DNA from: an uncultured Veillonellaceae bacterium
GTDB lineage: Bacteria; Bacillota; Negativicutes; Veillonellales; Veillonellaceae
Assembly (NCBI GenBank): GCA_945867815.1
Contig: CAMBIX010000005.1
Location: forward strand, 123,821-147,820
DNA: 24,000 bases
Direction of reading: 5' to 3'
Position numbers and translations under genes: made by a program
The notes under the pieces: generated by a model
The model's input: only the letters and a program-made list of their open reading frames with translations
Database searches by the model: none
Told to the model about the DNA's origin: nothing
In this document: positions 21,124 to 24,000 of the stretch, one piece after another
Position numbering within the stretch: the stretch's first letter is position 1
Layout of the letters: each line of letters starts with the position of its first letter

Positions 21124-22147
21124 TAGTGAAATTACAGGCCAAAACGATAAATTAGATATATTACTATCTAAAGGATCGGAAGAGCTTGTAAAGCTATTTC
21201 ATCGGCCAGATATAACTGAAATCTATGTTAATGATGATGGCTATATCTGGTACCTCTCGGCGGATGAAGGGAAAGTAAAAAGTACTATCCATTTAGACAG
21301 TGAACGAATAATGGCTATCATGCGGTATATTGCTGGGGACGCTGGCAAGATTATTACTGAAGAAATTCCATCCATTAGCTGCGATATTCAAGGATATGGC
21401 TACCGCTTTCAAGGGGAAATACCACCGATTGTCTTAAATCCACAGTTTAATGTACGAAAAAAAGCAACAAAGATATTTACCCTTGAAGATTATGTGAAGA
21501 ACGGCACGATAACACCTTATTATAAGGAGTATTTAGAAAACGCCGTTAAAAATCGTAAAAATATCCTTGTTGTAGGTGGTACGGCGACAGGTAAGACAAC
21601 CTTCTTAAATGCCATTTTAGAGGCTATTTCAGAAATCACGCCTTACCATCGCATTATTTCCTTAGAAGATCTTCCAGAACTTCAATGCCGGGCCGATGAT
21701 TATTCACCTATGTTTACTGTCCAAGAAACCAATGATGGAAAACAAATCAAATACGATATGACACGGCTTCTAATGGACTGTATGCGACGTAGCCCCGATA
21801 GAATCGTTGTGGGCGAAGTTAGAGATGGCTGTGCCTATACGATGCTAAAAGCGTGGAATACAGGCCACGAAGGCGGTTGTTGCACAGTGCATGCCAACAG
21901 TGCTGAGCAAGGTCTAAGCCGTATTAAAGCCTTAGCCCAAGAAAATGCCGACGCGCCTAAAAACAACGATAACGGCGTTAAAGAACTAATCGGAGATGCT
22001 ATAGATGTAGTTGTTTCCATCGTCCATACCGACTTAGGTAATGGCCGCCGTGGTCGTATTGTAAAAGAAATTTTAGAAGTTGATAAATTTGATACAACAA
22101 AAGGTATCTATATATTACATAAAATACCGCAAACACTAGCGGTATAG
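21116..22147 (+). CDS. virB11: VirB11/TrbB-family T4SS ATPase
   Basis: Walker A VVGGTATGKTTFLNAI. RIVVGEVRDG. His box GHEGGCCTVHANSA. Confidence 0.92.
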   Translation: MINSEITGQNDKLDILLSKGSEELVKLFHRPDITEIYVNDDGYIWYLSADEGKVKSTIHLDSERIMAIMRYIAGDAGKIITEEIPSISCDIQGYGYRFQGEIPPIVLNPQFNVRKKATKIFTLEDYVKNGTITPYYKEYLENAVKNRKNILVVGGTATGKTTFLNAILEAISEITPYHRIISLEDLPELQCRADDYSPMFTVQETNDGKQIKYDMTRLLMDCMRRSPDRIVVGEVRDGCAYTMLKAWNTGHEGGCCTVHANSAEQGLSRIKALAQENADAPKNNDNGVKELIGDAIDVVVSIVHTDLGNGRRGRIVKEILEVDKFDTTKGIYILHKIPQTLAV

Positions 22148-22159
22148 AAAGGAACAAGC

Positions 22160-22558
22160 ATGTATAAGACAATTAGACAAAAAGTAAGAGTATGGCACCA
22201 AAAAGCCAACAATAGTTATATTAATAAAGTAGCTTGGCTGACATCTCTATTAGCTGCTGCTGGTATTTCTCCTTCCTTTGCCGTTAATCAAGGTGATTAT
22301 GGCGGGCAAGGTGGTAGTATTGACGTAAAACTTCCTTGGGATGGTTTTTTAAATGGCTTAGCTAAAGCCATGACAGGGCCTTTTGCTATTACTGTAGGGG
22401 TAATGGCTATTGCTGCCGCTGCATTTGCCCTATTTAAAGGCAATGGTGGTCCTGCTACGGAAAAGATTATTATGGTTTGTTTTGGTGTAGCCATTGTATT
22501 CTTCGCACCAACGGTGGTATCTTACTTATCTCAATCTGCGGGCGGACTTACGATTTAA
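22160..22558 (+). CDS. virB2: VirB2/TrbC-family pilin
   Basis: A long signal/leader sequence ends in SPSFA. The mature part contains LPWDGFLNGLAKAMTGPFAITVGVMAIAAAAFALF and a second hydrophobic helix. Confidence 0.8.
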   Translation: MYKTIRQKVRVWHQKANNSYINKVAWLTSLLAAAGISPSFAVNQGDYGGQGGSIDVKLPWDGFLNGLAKAMTGPFAITVGVMAIAAAAFALFKGNGGPATEKIIMVCFGVAIVFFAPTVVSYLSQSAGGLTI

Positions 22559-22569
22559 GGTGATTTTAT

Positions 22570-22839
22570 ATGGATGAAAATAAACTTCCTGAAGGGTTTG
22601 AAATCCCCATTCACCGGTCTTTATCTCAGCCTTTCTTGATTGCGGGTCTTCCTCGTGTACTGTTTTTTATCGTTGTTTTCTTTGGCGTTATCGGGCTTAT
22701 GTTTTTTAAGTCTGTAATTGCCGTTGCTTTAGCAGCTATTTTGTATGTAGCTATTCGCTACTTTGCACACAAAGACCCACAATTTCATAAGGTTATTATG
22801 ACTAATAAAAATTATAAAAATTATTATTTTCCAGGCTAG
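22570..22839 (+). CDS. virB3: VirB3/TrbD-family T4SS protein
   Basis: IHRSLSQPFLIAGLPRVLFFIVVFFGVIGLMF...HKDPQFHKV follows the VirB3/TrbD pattern (LtRPxxxxGvxrxxxxxn......KDPxf). Confidence 0.8.
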   Translation: MDENKLPEGFEIPIHRSLSQPFLIAGLPRVLFFIVVFFGVIGLMFFKSVIAVALAAILYVAIRYFAHKDPQFHKVIMTNKNYKNYYFPG

Positions 22840-22848
22840 GAGATATAT

Positions 22849-23100
22849 ATGGACGACATGAAATTAACAGAGGCTACTATGGCCTGTGAATCAAAAGCCG
22901 AAAAATTTAAACAGCTGGGTACCCAGCGTACACAAAATGTTTTGCATGCAATTAAAGTCCTTAGCCGCTTATCTAACCGTTCTTCTTATGAATATACAAA
23001 TGAACAGGTTAAATATATTTTCTCTACGATTAAGCAAGCGTTAAATGAGGCTAAAAAAAACTTTAATGAAAAATCAAATGGGAAATCATTTAAATTATAG
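22849..23100 (+). CDS. Hypothetical 83-aa soluble helical protein inserted between virB3 and virB4
   Basis: MDDMKLTEATMACESKAEKFKQLGTQRTQNVLHAIKVLSRLSNRSSYEYTNEQVKYIFSTIKQALNEAKKNF. No TM helix or signal peptide. SD TAGGAGA. Family not recognised. Confidence 0.6.
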   Translation: MDDMKLTEATMACESKAEKFKQLGTQRTQNVLHAIKVLSRLSNRSSYEYTNEQVKYIFSTIKQALNEAKKNFNEKSNGKSFKL

Positions 23101-23111
23101 GAGGTGGTATT

Positions 23112-24000
23112 ATCAACCTATTTAAAAAGAGTGATTATAAAAAGCGCTCTTATTCCCAAGAAGTAGGTATATGGCATGAAGAACCTCGCATGAGCTGGAT
23201 GCTTCCATGGATGTTCGTTGATGATAACGGTATTGTCAATTGTGCAGATGCCTCTATGTTTGGTGTTTATAGTTTCCGAGGGCCTGACCTCGATAGTGCA
23301 ACACCTGAAGAATTAGTTGCTTTTAATGCCAATGTAAATAATGTGATTAGACGCCTTCCTAAGGGCTACGTTCTTTATTTTGAAGCCCAGCGGGTGCCAG
23401 GCAAGCATTACGACCATAGCGAAATGCCAACAGCCATTTTACAAGCCATGGAAGATAAACGAGCTGAATTCTTTGAATCAGGCGCCTTTTACGAATCACA
23501 GTATTATTTTGTGGTTTATCATGAACCGCCTCAAAAATACAAAGAGATGTTTAAAAATCTCTTTATTGAAGACGCTAAGAATAAAGCGGAACAAATCGAA
23601 TCTGATGCAGGGCTAGATATTTACTACAAAATGAAGGAAGATTTTAGAAAGAATCTTAATCAAGTCGGCCTTATGCTAAGCGTTGTATTTAAAGACCTGA
23701 AGGCTTTAATTGACCCATCGGAAGTTGTTACTTACCTACATTCTACAGTGTCAGATACGATACAGAAAGTTAATTACAACCCATCACGGTTGATTAACAC
23801 CTATGTAAGTGATGCCGCCTTAGCTGGCGGTATCCGAGATGCCAAATTAGGCAAGCAGTATATGAAGGTATTAACCATTTTAGACTTCCCGCCTATGTCC
23901 TATCCTGGCATTTTCGATGATTTTAACCAATTAAATATTAGATACCGCTGGTCTAGTCGATTTATATGTATTGATACCTTAACGGCTAAGAATTTAATGC
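23112..24000 (+). CDS. virB4: VirB4/TrbE-family T4SS ATPase (N-terminal part, runs off the window), with a probable ATC start
   Basis: The frame is open from 23094 to the window end. xNLFKKSDYKKR...MLPWMFVDDNGIVNCADASMFGVYSFRGPDLDSATPEEL parallels TrbE N-termini (MLNLAEYRKR...LPWAALV..GVVLNKDGSF...FRGPDLDSAT). SD GGAGGTG (23100-23106) lies 5 nt before ATC at 23112. The first in-frame ATG (23190) has no SD. Absent from the ORF track, probably because it has no stop in the window. Confidence 0.85.
   Translation, partial: MNLFKKSDYKKRSYSQEVGIWHEEPRMSWMLPWMFVDDNGIVNCADASMFGVYSFRGPDLDSATPEELVAFNANVNNVIRRLPKGYVLYFEAQRVPGKHYDHSEMPTAILQAMEDKRAEFFESGAFYESQYYFVVYHEPPQKYKEMFKNLFIEDAKNKAEQIESDAGLDIYYKMKEDFRKNLNQVGLMLSVVFKDLKALIDPSEVVTYLHSTVSDTIQKVNYNPSRLINTYVSDAALAGGIRDAKLGKQYMKVLTILDFPPMSYPGIFDDFNQLNIRYRWSSRFICIDTLTAKNLM

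Larger units (their letters stand above)
2505..24000. mobile_element. Integrative conjugative element (partial; the right end is outside the window and the left end is uncertain between about 1600 and 2675)
   Basis: int/xis lie at the left edge, followed by a replication module, regulatory switch, cargo TA/defence genes, MOBQ relaxase plus oriT, T4CP and VirB/Trb T4SS genes. GC content is uniformly lower than in 1-1450. Confidence 0.8.

Noticed and set aside
23380-23616. 78-aa ORF in frame 1
   Set aside because: It lies out of frame inside the clearly conserved VirB4/TrbE reading frame.

Overview
The window covers a junction between two kinds of DNA. On the left (about 1-1600) is a visibly higher-GC segment. 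It holds a 5'-truncated HicB-like ORF and a tnpB-only IS200/IS605-type element with an apparently intact RuvC/zinc-finger TnpB and two strong hairpins just 3' of the gene. The rest is a long, lower-GC integrative conjugative element (ICE) that runs off the right edge.

ICE layout, left to right:
- A remnant zone with a 22-aa holin-like type I toxin candidate, a convergent sRNA candidate and an N-terminal integrase fragment.
- A tyrosine integrase with its own promoter, a bidirectional terminator and an excisionase-type HTH.
- A translationally coupled six-gene uncharacterised operon (two small membrane proteins, an HTH protein, a YdjM/DUF457-like membrane hydrolase and two small charged proteins).
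- A phage-type replication module (SSB, DnaC/IstB-like loader, replisome organizer/DnaD-like).
- A divergent Ner/Cro-like versus cI-like XRE switch with paired operators.
- A cargo island with three modules: XRE-XRE-DUF2726 nuclease; Panacea/DUF4065 antitoxin plus an unknown 133-aa partner; and a type III ToxIN/AbiQ-like locus with 3 x 36-nt RNA repeats.
- A MobA/MobL (MOBQ) relaxase with an RSF1010-like oriT.
- A Gram-negative-type VirB/Trb T4SS: virB8, virB9, virB10, virD4/traG, traD-like, virB11, virB2, virB3, an orphan 83-aa gene and virB4 (partial).

Other observations:
- Two T4SS-operon genes appear to start at ATC, each with the same SD geometry.
- A helically phased TTACATTA/TAATGTAA motif array sits upstream of two operons.
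- A candidate origin of tandem hexamers lies inside the replisome organizer gene.
- The loader has a degenerate Walker A motif.

No rRNA, tRNA or CRISPR array was found. All functional calls rest on motif recognition by eye. No database search was run.
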